Part shown: positions 14,247 through 30,022 of the stretch, one piece after another
Layout: each line of letters starts with the position of its first letter
Numbering within the stretch: the first letter of the stretch is position 1
Assembly: GCF_009914755.1 (NCBI RefSeq)
Contig: NC_060930.1
Source of the DNA: the human T2T-CHM13v2.0 reference genome, Homo sapiens
Length of the DNA: 64,000 nt
Direction: 5' to 3' (one strand)
Made by a program: the position numbers and the translations under genes
Notes under the pieces: model-generated
Databases searched by the model: none
What the model saw: only the letters and a program-made list of their open reading frames with translations
Told to the model about the DNA's origin: nothing

Positions 14247-15578
14247 CAGGATAAGAATCAACACAGCTGTATTGCCTGGTGATAAAAATGGCTCACTAGG
14301 CTGGGTGCGGCAGCTCACGCGTGTAATCCCAGCACTTTGGGAGGCTGAGGCCTGTGGAATGCTTGAGCTCAGGAGTTCAAGACCAGCCTGGGCAACATGG
14401 TGAAACCCTGTCTGTACAAAAACACAAAAAAAATTTAGCCAGGTATGGTGGCAGGTGCCTGTAATCCCAGCTACTCAGGCGACTGAGGTGGGATGATCAT
14501 TCAAACCCAGGGGCAGAGGTTGCAGTGAGCTGTGATCCTGCCACTGCACTCCAGACTGGGTAACGGTGACAGAGCAAAACTCTGTCTAAAAAAACAAACA
14601 AAACAAAACCAGGCTCACTAGTTGGGAACGTATGTGACCCTACTGTAAATGAGTGGAAATGGACTAAGGGGCAGCACTCACTAGACTAGTACTGCTACCA
14701 GCAACCTGGACCAGCATAGTGGCTGAACCTAGTGTCTCTCCCAAAGATGGAAAAATTTGGGTAAAAAGTGGAGAAAAGGAAGAATAATAGCTGAGGGTAA
14801 AGAAATGAATAAATAGGTTATAAATGGAGGGGCATCCAATATTACATTATCAACTCTAAATAGCCTCAGAGCAAGAGATGGCCTTATCTCTTAGCTCAGT
14901 GATTCCAGATGCCTGAAAGGGTGAAGCTGTGTGTTTGCCGAGACCACTCCTGCTTTTGGAACCTGACGAGATTGAAGGAAAGTCTACAAACTTGAGTGGC
15001 CTCACCCTGGGAGACATTCAGACAATATGATGGACTGGACTACTTATTAAAAATTGTGTACATTCATTTTGCCATAAGGGATATGTGGTCCACAACCAGG
15101 GTGTGACCTGTGGTGTTATGACATATATTCTGGTTTTTGTTATATATTTGGTTTCCTGGCTTGTAACTCCCATAGCCCTTGTCATGGTCTTGCTATAATG
15201 TGGAGTGTGTTAGGCCTCAGGGGCAGGCCTCAGGAAATGGAATCTCTCTCACCTTCTCCTACCTTCCTTTCACCTGCCCCAAGGCAGGACTCTAATATTC
15301 TCCTACCTTTCTGACTGTAGGTCATAAGATCCTCCCCAGAGAGGGTCCAGCTTTATACCCTGGGAGAAGAAATGTTGGCTTTATGAAGCTTCCATAAAAA
15401 CCCAAGAGGACTGGGTTTGGGGAGCTTCTGGATAGCTGAACACAAGGGGGTTCCTGTTATGCCCAGGGAGGGCATGGAAGTGCTGCACCCCTTCCCCCAT
15501 ACCTTTCTCTAGGCATCTTTTCATCTGTATCCTTCGTAATATCCTTTATAATAAACTGGTGCATATATTAAAAAAAAA
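14247..15578 (+). mobile_element. ERVL (MER21/LTR47-type) processed retrocopy: 3' internal region + U3-R LTR + poly-A
   Basis: 14-bp exact TSD aagaactcaggcac (14233-14246, 15577-15590); degenerate dUTPase-like and integrase-C-terminal-like codons; LTR starts TGTGGTGTTATG at 15109; AATAAA at 15550 and A-tail from 15570. Confidence 0.8.
14299..14608 (+). mobile_element. AluJb-like, inserted into the ERVL internal region
   Basis: Full-length sense Alu; TSD core ggctcacta on both sides. Confidence 0.93.
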
Positions 15579-16404
15579 GAACTCAGGCACATATCTCAAA
15601 TCTTCTCTTTTGGATCTCAGTGTGAAAAGTACAGCTAATAATTATACACATCTGATTATAAGGACTGTTACAAGACTTCAAGTCAATAAGGTACCATATC
15701 AGTATAAAGTCCTAAGTATAAAGTACTATGGAATATAAACACAGAAAATATTTTTCAAACTCAAAGAATAGATGAAAATTGGCAATGGCAGAGGTCCAGG
15801 GAAGGGAATTATACCAAGTTGTCATTATGGGTTTATTTACTATTCGTTCTTTTTCTGGAAACATGGAGAACTTATCATTTACAAATTAAAGGAAAGCCAC
15901 ATTTAATAGTGCTTTTCAAAAAAATTCAAAAGAGAGACTTTAGTTGGCACGCCACATAACCAAAATAATATGTATATCAGTAACTCTCCAGACATCAAAG
16001 TTTCTATTCAGTAACTAGTTACTCTGTCTATCATTTTAGGGATCTTGCCTGTTTGGCTTTAGCTGGTGATCTTTTTTCTTTCTTTCTTATTTTAGCTAAT
16101 GGATAGAGGTATCGCTACTTCCTGGGTTTCTGGTGGTTCTGAACCTTGGCCCACAAATGTGCTAAAGTATAAAATGAACGCTTTGGCATTCTGTTTTAGG
16201 CATATTATGAGAGAAAGAGACCATGTCCAAAGGTCACACTGAGATCCTTAGGGAGAAAAAGCTCAGGGTAGAAAGATGGGATGTCAGAGGAGCCCCTGGC
16301 CCTGGTACAGGTTACGTCCCGACTTGTGAGTCTGTTGTGCCACTTACAAGAAAGTCATCTTATTTTTTTTCTTACTTTCTTCTTTAAAAAACAAAAGATG
16401 ATAA

Positions 16405-16902
<498 letters not shown>

Positions 16903-16944
16903 AGACTGAACTTCTTAGATCTTGAGCCCTTTCTCCTGATGACT

Positions 16945-17195
16945 AAGTTTCCAAAGTGCTCTATGGAATATTAGCTTCATGTGATACTGTATGATAAACA
17001 GTTCCATTGCCAAAGAAGATAAGAAACATTGTATTAAAGAACGTTCAACTGTTTTCTCTATTGCAGGCCCTTGATATGGTAGCATGTCATATGAACAGTA
17101 TAGAAGAAGGAAAATGTGCCGTAATTCCCTAAAATCATTCGTCCAGGATTGTCTACAAGTCAGATAAGATGATTACTTTAGGGGAAAACTGTTCT
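16945..17195. mobile_element. MER103-like hAT DNA transposon relic
   Basis: tttccaaagtgctctatggaatattag...aagaaacattgtattaaa...tattgcaggccct...ttagggg aaaactg. Confidence 0.5.
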
Positions 17196-18189
17196 ATATA
17201 TCATACTTTTCAAGGAGCACAGATACTTTAGTAGATGTTTAATAGTTAAAAATTCTGCTTTAGCCCCTGGCTATGTCCTCAGAACTTGACTGCCATGTTG
17301 TAACCATAATCCCCCTGCCTGTGGGGAGGGAGGAGGCACTGCCTTTTGGTCCAGGTACCCCAATGGGTTCACATTTTCACAAAGGTCCAAGAAAGTGGAG
17401 AAATTTGTTTTAATTTAGAAACTATTATGATATAGAGAAAATAGTCTTCAATTTCGACCATGTGTATTATTTTAAAAGTTGTCTTGCCTTAGACTTTAGT
17501 ACGAAAGTTAAAATAAGCCATTCCTTATGTTTTTGAGTCGTATTGAGTCTGTCCGGGGAGCTCTCAGGGCATTTTTGAAAAGGGAGATGGATGTCACCAT
17601 GTGGAACTAATAGTGTTTTTTGTGGGGGACAAAAAAGAATATTATTTTGTGTTATGTGGACTCATTCCCAAGGGAATATACACAGAAAAATTAGAAAGAA
17701 AACCTTCCCACTATTGGTGAAACAAATGAAAGATTCTGTTTTCACTGGCTTACAAAATAATCTCCCAAATGTTTAACAACAGTATTTTTATTTCTCTCAT
17801 TTTAGATGCTTCATGGGGATAAAAGATTGAATTTACAAGTGGAAAATAGCCATACATACAATTTCAACCATCCACATTAAAAACTGGTAGCATCTCATGT
17901 TTTTAATTAATAGCATTACTACCATTCACTTTAACTCGTATGGGATTAATGCTAGTGAATGTGCTATAATCTCATTCCAAACAGAACTGCCAAAATAGAA
18001 AAATGGCTACAGAGACAGATGCAGTAGATACATTCCTGTCATTATGGTTTTTACCTAAGATACTTCAAATGCATAGCTGGTATAAAGGAACTGTGAATGT
18101 TAAGGATATATCCATACCCTAAAAGATAAGGTTCAACCTAAAGGAGTAAGAATCCATCCAATGAGATGGGCTAGAAAGCAATTTCAGCT

Positions 18190-18390
18190 ACTCATCTGGG
18201 TACTTAGAGTCAGGACTGGATTCAAACCCAGTATTGGGTTTTAACTTCTCTCTAAGCCTCAGTTGCTTATTTGTAAAATAGGGATAGTCTTGCCTATTTT
18301 TCAGAGGTGTGGTGACGATGAAATGAGATCATGTAGGCAGAGACTAAATGTTCTGATTTAGCCTAATTACTAAGTAACTATTTTCTTCAC
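18190..18390 (+). mobile_element. MIR SINE
   Basis: ttagagtcaggactggattcaaaccc...ttaacttctctctaagcctcagttgcttatttgtaaaatagggata. Confidence 0.8.
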
Positions 18391-18594
18391 CTGAACAATA
18401 TTAGGGGTAAGGTAGGGAGATTGACAATTTGAGAAACCTTTAATAAAACTGCTGAATTGGCCTGTGCAGTCAAATCAAATAAGCCTTGCTCTCTGGAAAT
18501 GTTCCTCCAAACAATGCAGGACATTTTATTTCTTTCTAGACCATTATGTATCTCCATGTTCACTGCAAAGACTCCCTATTAAGAAGTGAGCAAA

Positions 18595-18886
18595 CACGCC
18601 TGTAATCCCAGCACTTTGGGAGGTCAAGGAGGGCAGATCACTTGAGGTCAGGAGTTCGAGACCAGCCTGGCCAACATGGCAAAACCCGTCTCTACTAAAA
18701 ATACAAAAAAATTAGCCAGGCGTGGTGGCGGGCACCTGTAATCCCATCTCCTCAGGAGGCTGAGGCAGGAGAATCACTTGAATCCAGGAGGCGGAGGTTG
18801 CAGTGAGCTGAGATCATACCACCGCACTCCAGCCTGGGCGACTGAGTGAGACTCTATCTCAAAAAAAAAAAAAAAAAAAAAAAAAA
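18595..18886 (+). mobile_element. AluS (Sz/Sx-like), slightly 5'-truncated
   Basis: cacgcctgtaatcccagc...gatcacttgaggtcaggagttcgag...poly-A. Confidence 0.95.
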
Positions 18887-19089
18887 GCAAAAAGGATCTT
18901 TGCTCTACTTCTGAGATTCTGACATTTATAGGTTTTCTTGATAGTCCTACTAAAATGGCCAAAAAAACACAAAAAAACAACAAAAAAATATTCTTTAGTC
19001 TGAAAAAGCAGAGGTTGAGATCTACAAAATTATCCAAAGTGTGGGGGAAGAAAACACATTTGTTTACAAATGTGATTTAATTGAATGAG

Positions 19090-19250
19090 AAAAATCACCT
19101 GTAAAATTCAAGAGACAGAAATTTAGTTCAAACAAGAATAAACCACTTCACACAGTAAATAGTATATGTTACTTATTATTGGATAGAGATATAAATCACT
19201 TCTCAAGTAGTTAGCTGAATTCATGGATGACAGATCCATGATGAACTTCA
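19090..19250 (+). mobile_element. CR1/L3 LINE 3' remnant
   Basis: aaatttag...aaaccacttcacacagtaaatagta...atataaat...gaattcatggatgacagatccat resembles the L3 3' region. Confidence 0.5.
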
Positions 19251-21841
19251 GAGACAAATGGGAATGCTTGTGGTTCATCTAGAATCTTTTGAGGTAACTA
19301 GGATAATGGGGAAGCATTGCCCACAAAACATCCTGGGTCCAGCATGGTATTGATCTTGTTATTGTAAAACTTAATGCTCTTACTTGGAGATTTTTTGGTA
19401 CACTTTTCATCGTAGTTTTGTTGCTATATACAAGGAATGGATTATCAGGAAGCCAATCTTGTGTTTTGCTAAATCCTGGATTACCTAAGGTCCTTCTGCT
19501 CTCCTCATCCACACGCTGGGTTGGAGACAGTTACTCAAGTTCCTGGAGACAGCTGATCTCAGTGAAGAAACCATAGCTCAGCTTCTTACTCATCAAGCTA
19601 AGACAAAGGAGAACAGTGCATGACCGAAAAATACGTTCTTTATCCAGGCTTTTGGATTATGATCATGGCTTGGGAAACAATTTATTTGATATTAGTCTGC
19701 TTACCAATTTTGCTTCATTTTCAAAACATTTCCTAGTTCCTGGAAACACCTGAAGCTCAGAAGAGACATGATAAATTACTTTTCTCTAGAAGACATCTGA
19801 ATTGCTTTACAGTATTTGTTTTCTCAAAAACATTGATGTTTGCTTTGGACTAACTTTATCAAGATAAAATAGCAATCTTATTTTTTTTTTTTATTACAGT
19901 ACTCTCCTAACTGAATGGTAAACACCAGCTTTTAATATGGAAGCCACCATGGCAATATATGAGTGATATTTCTCATGTGATTGGTTCTGGAGTTCGATGT
20001 CCTTAAAGGCTGGCCTGGGAAAGTGGTTCCCCAATTGTTTACTCTCCTATGCTATTTATACACAGCTATTGAAAGTTAGAGCCTTTCTCTGGGACTTGGC
20101 CTCTTTAATTGGAGTGTGAAACACAATTCCCATTAAGATGCCACTTGAAGCAAGGAAACCGTATTCATATCCTGTGAGCAAATGTGGATTTTTCCACTCA
20201 TGCCCATTTAAATGTCTCAGTTCCTGAACGCAAGAATGGGGGTGTCCGAAGCTTAGCGTTTCCAGGATTTGGGATGAGGGAATCCTGTGAGCGCTGTCTC
20301 ATGACTTGAGGAAACTTATCTATTCTGAGAAACTCACAGTTATTTATCCCTATAATAATTACTCATTTCTAACATAAGACAGAGTCATCAGGGATGCGCG
20401 TCTTGCTGCAGTGATTCATTTCTTTCTTTCATGAGGATTAAGTGCCCTACTGGACAAAGTACAACGTAAGTTGCATCATTTTACACTGCAAATGAGAGCA
20501 ATATGCGATATTAAGGAATGGATAGTTTCCAAAGTCGAATTCTGCTTTCTGTCAACAGCAGGATTAGCTTTAAGAGTATTCTTTTTTTTCTTAAGTACCT
20601 CCAATTCTAATGTCATGTGCAAGGGGCTCTCAGAAAGGCCACCAGTACAGAAAATATGGGGTAAAACCTCCTGTTTCTAATCTTATAGAGGACCCTTAAG
20701 TGGTGGTCCTTTTGAGGCTGGCCTTTGTATGAATTGTGGGAACACAGCTCGAGGACAGGGACTGTCTCTGAGTGAAGCTCAGACCATCTGCATGCTGGTA
20801 CACAGACACGACACAGACACAGTAAACACAGTCAACTGGCAGAGCTACAGGCAGCTATAGGAAAATGGGAATACTTTTACATGACAAAGTTACAAGTGTG
20901 TGGCTGTGAAATTAGGGACCAAGATGACTGGAAGGTAGGTGATAGATGTAAATAAATAATACAGGGAGCAACCAAGACAATAGGTAGATGTAAATGTAAA
21001 TACAAAGGTATAGAATGAGGAGAAGGCAAATGCTTTCAGTGCATACAGTTCATCCTCCTACAGCTCAAAGCACTTTGGATGCCCTTCTAGTTATGAACAA
21101 GAAACCTCTGGGAGTTAAATGGACAGCATTATTATATTCCTTTCAAAACCAATGATAACTTGGTTTAGGAAGAGGAAATCCTTTGGGGTAGTAGTGGTTG
21201 AATGGAGGTTGAGAGATAATTTTTTTTTGTCCTGGCCATATAATTAGACAAGTCACCAGACCTCTCTGGGCCTGTTTTCCCATCTGTAAAATGGGCTAAT
21301 AAATTCTAAAGTTCCTCTTATTGCTGAGGTAATCAACATGAAAGTATGATTTTTAAAGAACATTTTGGACCTTTGTTCATATAACAATGAATGTTCTCTC
21401 ATTCTTCTGATTCACTTTAACTTTCATATATTTCCTTCAGAAGATAACTATAGAAGATTTGTTTGTTTTTAAGAAAGCAGACCTTCATTTAAAAGATAAG
21501 AACTCAAAATAAACAGAAGTACTTGGATTTGAGGTTACGAATTTGAATTATTGCTGTTATCTGAAGCTTTGGTTATTTATTTCTTAAATTTTGTACCTAT
21601 TCTTAATTCCTTTGCATTACCATATTTTTTTTTCTGCTCACTGAAGATAATTTGTTATCTCTTCTTGTATTACTAAAGAAGGAGAGGAAGGAAGGCAGAA
21701 AAGAAACAAAGGGAAGGAGGTAGAAAAAAGGGAGGAAGGAATATTAAAAAATGTAGGGTGTCTGTTGTTACAATTTTATGTGCTAACATCACTCTATCAC
21801 TCTTAAGCTAGAGGAATAGATGACGGGGTTTCTCTTCGGAG

Positions 21842-21861
21842 GTGTGTGTGTGTGTGTGTGT
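21842..21861. repeat. (GT)n microsatellite
   Basis: About 10 GT units. Confidence 0.95.
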
Positions 21862-21917
21862 CAGGGAGTATTATTTTTACTCCAAAACATAAACACACAG
21901 ACCTACACGTTTACTAA

Positions 21918-23600
<1,683 letters not shown>

Positions 23601-24101
23601 AGCTTCTGAAGAAGCCTGAATCTTACCTTTATCCATTGCTGAATAAAGCACAACTCAATACATAAACTGAAAGCTAATATTTAATTTTCAAGTTGCTTTT
23701 AGAAGTTAGTTCAAAATTGCTATATAATTAAAGCATGCTTTATTTCCTCTTCTACCCTTAGTTTCATTAAATTATGTATTTACATTTTTTTCTGATAGAA
23801 ACTAAGTTTTAGTTTACTTCCATGTCCAATTCCTAAAAGACTTATTTAAATCATCTCCTTCAGTGATCATCCACAACCAGTAATCATGAATCATTTAGAC
23901 ATTTTTCTTGACTATTCTGAACAAAGTATAAAAACTTAGTTGCTCGTTATTAAATGAAGGAAAAGACACTTTTAAAATTTCACATGAATAAGAAGTTCAT
24001 GTGCAAATTTTCTTCCGAGAGAATAGTTACAATTCTTTTGTTTGGTAATGAATGTTGCTCCTCAGTTTACTTTGTGAATAATGAACCAAACTTACACCTG
24101 A

Positions 24102-24501
<400 letters not shown>

Positions 24502-27500
24502 CTATAACAGTCTCTTCATACGTATTTATTTAATGTGTTCAAATATTTTGTTTTTGTTTTATGTGTTACCTTATAAAAACCTAGTTTTTACACACATAAA
24601 AGATGAAATTAATTTGCAAAAGATGAGAGAAAATGTCACGCCTGGTCATAAAAACTGTGCTGGGCCAACTGTTTATCATAAAGAGACAAAAAGAGGTTAT
24701 TTTTTCTATTCCATGTGTGTCATTCTAAGCTTGACTCTTAAGCACAACTTGTTGAACATTTTGCAATTCAAAGTTACCTTTTGGTCAGCCATAGACAATC
24801 CACTAAATGAATCTGGAAAGAGTTTAGTACTGATTAAACTTGGCGAGTAACTCTATGAGACACAAGGCACTACAACAAAGTAGATTTCTATTTCTAAGTC
24901 AGCGAAGCGAAGAAAAACTTTTCAAGAATGACTCTGCCTATAACAACATGAACATTAGGTTCAGAAGTACCCATTAACTCAAATAGCTTATTCAGCAATA
25001 AGCTTTCTCAGTGTTATAAAATAAGTTTTCCTTCTTCAGTTTCTTCATTAGTGACCATTTGTCAGGAAGTCATACCACATCAAGGGATGCTCATAATAGA
25101 CTCAATATTCTCCACTTAATAACATTTAAACAAGCATTGTCTTCACATTCATGGTTGTTAAAAAAAAAAAAAAGAGTCTTTTCAAAGTATGTGCATCTGG
25201 TTAGGAGAGAATAGGATAAACCCAGAGTTATAAAAAACTGACATTTTTGTTTCCTGATTCAGCACAAAGAAAGCCAGAATCTGCAAGTCCTACGTTTTTT
25301 TCTGGTGTGGGGTCTTAGAGTTGAAACCCTGACCCAGACGTGGATATTGCAAAAACAGAGTGAGGTATCTTGCTAAGGTGACAGTGCTTCAAATGGTCAA
25401 AATATTTTCCATCTTTCTGGGAAATGTCACTCTGTTTTGTAATAAAGCTGGAATGACTTCCCAACAAAGATGCAGTCAATGAAGAAAAGCAAGAACTTTC
25501 CAGTTTCCCAAATCCAGGGAGAAAACAAGTTAGATAACTGTTTATAAGAATGAATCTAGTGAAAAGGGGGCTCTGTCAATGATAAATATTTATTTTATTC
25601 TGCGTGTTTAGCATGGGAAAGGAACATGTTAAAAGTTGGCCAAATATGGTAAGTATCAGTCTCCACAGAGTCCCAAACCTTGTGTTGAGAATGCCAAGAT
25701 CTTTGTTTTATTCCAGAAGGGATTAATAGTAGCAGACAGGGGAAAAAGTGAGGGTAAACTAAAATAGCATAGAAACCAGCATGCTTACTGCACAAGTTAA
25801 GTGATGCAGTTTCCCTAAGTCTGCTGTCTAAATTCTGTCTAATCTCAGAAGCTGGCTCTTCTCTGACTCAACTGGATATCACCTCCAGCACTTCATATCC
25901 TCAGATACATACCTGTATTCTGCATTATGTGATTGTGGCCTGTGTACTCACACTTTGGAGTTACATGTAGACATCCTTATTTACCTCTGCAATACCGGGC
26001 ATGATTTCTTCTCAATGGAATATAATACGTAACTGAAATAATTGTCTCTTTAATTAAATTTGAGCATTTGATCATACTATAACTGCTATAAATAATCCTA
26101 AACTGCTATAAAACTTGAATTTAATATAGGAAAATTTAATAATATTCTTAATATAAAGCAATTTATAGAAATGAAGGAGATTGGCATGAAAATGGCATAA
26201 TTTTTTTTTCCTCTTTTATGTCATTGTTCCTAGTGTCTATGACAGCATTTCTGTGGATGATCTTTCCTGCTTCTGTGCGCACTGTTTAACTATAATGGTC
26301 ATTTTTTGCACACAGTGATGTTCACATACATCTAGTATTTTCCTCCCCAACATCTGGGTTTCCTCTTATTTTGAATGCCTTAGATGTCACTCCTCTGGGT
26401 GTGTCGTTCACATGTTTCATTCACATCCTCATTTTTATTTGATCTATTCTCTGATTCCCAGCACTCAAAGACTTTTATTCCTTAATTCACTGGTAAATAA
26501 TTGTGTTCGGGGGAACTCAAAGCAAAATAAACTGTGGCCCTTACAGGGTAGAGGGGTGAAGGCAACTGTTGAATTACCGTTCTGCAACAGGAGACCCACG
26601 CTAATGCTGATATTACAGGGAAAGTCCAAGGGAAATGGAGAGGTTTCAAGAGAATGAACACTGGATTCCCAGGATCTGAGATAAGAAAAGCTAAAATTAT
26701 GAGAGGCTGAAGATGGAAGGAGTATCATAATCCATCTGGCTTTGTCCGCGACATTTGCTGGACTAGGGAAAGGACTGAAATCACGGATAAAGGAGCAAGT
26801 AGTAGGAGAAAGAGCCTGACAATAGCAAGGCTTTCTACTGGGAAGAGTAGTCAGGGATCCCCATCCCAGAGGCCAAGGGCTAAGCTCAGACCTGAGGTAG
26901 GCCAGAATCAACAGCTTAGTCAAGTTTAGTGATTACAAAAGGCAAGGCTGCAGGAATATCTGGGTGGGGGCTGTGGAGGTGATTTAATCAGATTCAAGGA
27001 GGTCTTTCCGTGCTACAAAGAGCCTCCTGAATGGCAAGTGGCTAAAGATTCAGAGATTTTTAGCCACAACGAAAGACTGGAGTGCAAATGAGAAACCAGA
27101 ATAAAAGTCCAACCACGCAAAATAAGGAACAAGTACTAGGAGATAAGGGAAGGAGTTATGACTCAGTGTACACAGTAGCCAGGGCACACCATAAACCCCA
27201 CTGGAAAGAGGAAATTATGGCCAGTCCCACTCCCTCAGGGCAGACAGAGCTCTGAATTTATTGTTTCTTTTGTTCCCATTAATGTGCAGGTCCATGATTA
27301 CAGGACCATTTGTACCTGTGTTGCATGACTCAGGCACAAGCAGGTAAGACACAGGAAACGAAGACAGGAAATGTGAGCTTGGCTTCGGACGCTTATCATC
27401 CCCAAAAGCCTGAAATGCCTAGCACACTTCAATGTACCATTCAAGACCCAGGTCCAGCGTTTGTTTCACAGCAGCTTTCAACATGTTCCTCACACACAGT

Positions 27501-27699
27501 AGGCAGCTAGGAAGTGAAATCCATCACTACCACCACCGTCATCATCATCCTCATCCTCAATAGTATTATTTCCTTCAGGGTCAGTACCATCATCTCAGGA
27601 ATTAGATGATAACCCCTCTGGACTTAAAATGTCATCCTGTGAATGATGTTTAAAGTATAAATGGGGAGTTCAAGTTCAGATGGTTTTAGCTGGAGAGAG

Positions 27700-28135
27700 C
27701 AAAATATCTGTTTCCCGTAGCTTAAAAAATAAGGGCAATTGACTGGCTCGAGTGATGACAAGTCCACTGGAAGAGCTGACTTCAGGTGTGGCCTGAACCA
27801 GCAGTTCAAAGATACCACTAAGCACCAGATTTCTTCCCTTCCTTGTTTCTAGTCTTGTGTGGTTGACTTCTCTTTGAGGCAGGCTTGTCAGAATTGCTAG
27901 GCTTCAGGCATCTTTATGTACAGCAGGAAAGATAGAATATCTTTGCCTCAGCATTCCTAGAAAAGGCCTGGCACTTCGCTGTGATTGGGTCATCTTCAGA
28001 AACTTGCCTACTTGGAAAAGGAATCACTATGTGGATTGGCTAAACAGAAGTCATATGCTCTACCCAGGATCCTGGGGTGAAGTCATTTTCCCTAGAACCA
28101 CGTGAATCCTAAAGTGGACATTAAAACTGTTGAGA
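27700..28135 (-). mobile_element. Old MaLR LTR (MLT1K-like)
   Basis: gcttaaaaaataagggcaattgactggctc...gacttcaggtgtggcctga...ctgtgattgggtc...gattggctaa. Confidence 0.6.
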
Positions 28136-28283
28136 AAGAGAAAGAGAAAAATGGATACAAAAAAAATCAATCAAGGTCCTAAGGGGTAAACAAGAAGTTA
28201 AGAAAAGGAATGTATTAGAAGGACATTGGGTAGCTCAAAAAAACTGTCAGAAAGGCTGGAAAACTAGGTTTGGTAAAAGTGCA

Positions 28284-28565
28284 TGTATTAGTTTGCTAGG
28301 GCTGCCATAACGAAGTTCCACAAACCAGCAACTTTAAGAGCAGAAATGTTTGATTTCACTCCTGGAGGCTAGATGTGTAACATGAAGGAGTCAGTAGGTT
28401 GGTTTTTTCTGAGGGCTGTGAGCGAGACTGTTTCAGACTTCTCTGGTGGTTGGTTGGCAATCTTTGGCATTTCTTGGCTGGCTGATGCATCACTCCAATC
28501 TCTGCCATCTCGCTCACATGGCCTTCTTCCTCTATGTGTGTCTGTCTCTGCGTCCAAACTTCCTG
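28284..28565 (-). mobile_element. MaLR LTR (MLT1B/C-like), partial
   Basis: tgtattagtttgctagggctgccataac...gatgcatcactccaatctctgcc...cacatggccttcttcc. Confidence 0.85.
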
Positions 28566-30022
28566 GAAATGGCAGGCTGGAAAAGCCAACGACAAACTTC
28601 TGTCCTGTATTTTGTCTTAGAGGTGACTCAGTTTGTCTTTCTCTACCCATGGAAGGAAAAAAGCTGTGTCTTGTGGTTCTTTTATGTGAGCAGGCACATG
28701 AGCATGCTCAGGAGTGAGGGTTTCTGCTGATGGGGTCTGCAGAAGAGCAGCAGAGGCTGAGCTGCCCTGATATCTGCACATTGCAAGCTCACGGGACACC
28801 TTGTGAGATAAGCTTATGCAGGTGATAGGTTAACACTTATATTCTGATGATGCCATAATTCATTTCCAAATATTCATATACTAGTTGTACTTCTCCCTAG
28901 TGACAAGTTATTTCTTTATAGGCCCACCTCCCTTACAGAGTTGTATCTTTCTGGAGTTCAGAGGACTTCTTAATTATTGCAATATTTTCAGTGCCTAGTC
29001 CAGCACCTGGCATTTGACTTTGAGGATGAAGCAGGAACAAGGGGAATTTATAAAGTAGCTTTAAAAGGCTCTCAATTTGAGAAGAACATTTCCTCAGAGC
29101 AGTTCAACTGTGATCCATGACTATGCTTTATTTTTTAATTTATTTTTTAAAGCATAGTCATGTATACAGTATGATAACAGAAAACAAACAGAAGTAGTAA
29201 TACCCTAAAAAGTGCAGGTCTTGCTGGGCCCTATTTTCATTTTAGCAGAGGTTTCTAATGTTGCAGCATTAATCTACTTCTGCTCATTCTCCAGTGAGAA
29301 ACCCTGGACACGAGTAGAGACACAGATTTGCCAGTTTGCACCTTCCTAAAGTGACCTTGAACTAAGTTTTCATTATATCTAGATTCTAGATATTATATCA
29401 ATATTCCAGGTTATTTATTGGTACGTATTTTTACTTGTATCCCCAAAATCAAATAAATAATTTAAATAAAATGATTTCCAATCTGAACTGAGAACAAAAC
29501 TTAAAATGTTTTAGCTTCTGTTGCCTTCAAATCTGACAATGTATTAGCTCAGCCTTTTGAATTTGATTTTCCTAGTAGTTCTAGAAGCAAACAAGAATTA
29601 ATTTCAAACAAAAACCTGTCTTATTTGTATAATACAAGTTTGAATTTAGTTAAAACAACATTTTTTAAATTAAATTTCCTTTGAAAAACAAAGGCTGAAG
29701 GGGAAAATGTTTTAGAAAACTTGAAGTTTCAAACAACAAAACTTGAAGGAAAATAAAAATGGTTTTAGGGCTTTCTGAAAAATCCCTGATACTGCTAAGC
29801 CCCACTCCGTCATTCACAGTAGGAACCAGTTTAAATGCTCTTGCTGTCCCAACATTAAAATAGAACTTCTTTAGAGATTTCAATAAAGTGTTATTTACTC
29901 ATTTCTTTGTTACCTCATTTCCTCCCTTCTAGCTTTGATTATACTCTTCAATTAAAATGGAAATGATTTGACATTGCAAATACAAAAAAATTCAGACATT
30001 TACTTCTCAGTGTAGAACAAGT

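Noticed and set aside
16060-16110. Isolated pyrimidine tract plus AG sites (also ~17800, ~19890, ~47470)
   Set aside because: Common in AT-rich DNA; no consistent exon chain or reading frame
26465-27240. 152-aa ORF and a purine-rich stretch that may be a very old (Gypsy-like) LTR
   Set aside because: No recognisable protein, and I cannot establish termini, TSD or family by eye; needs a Dfam search
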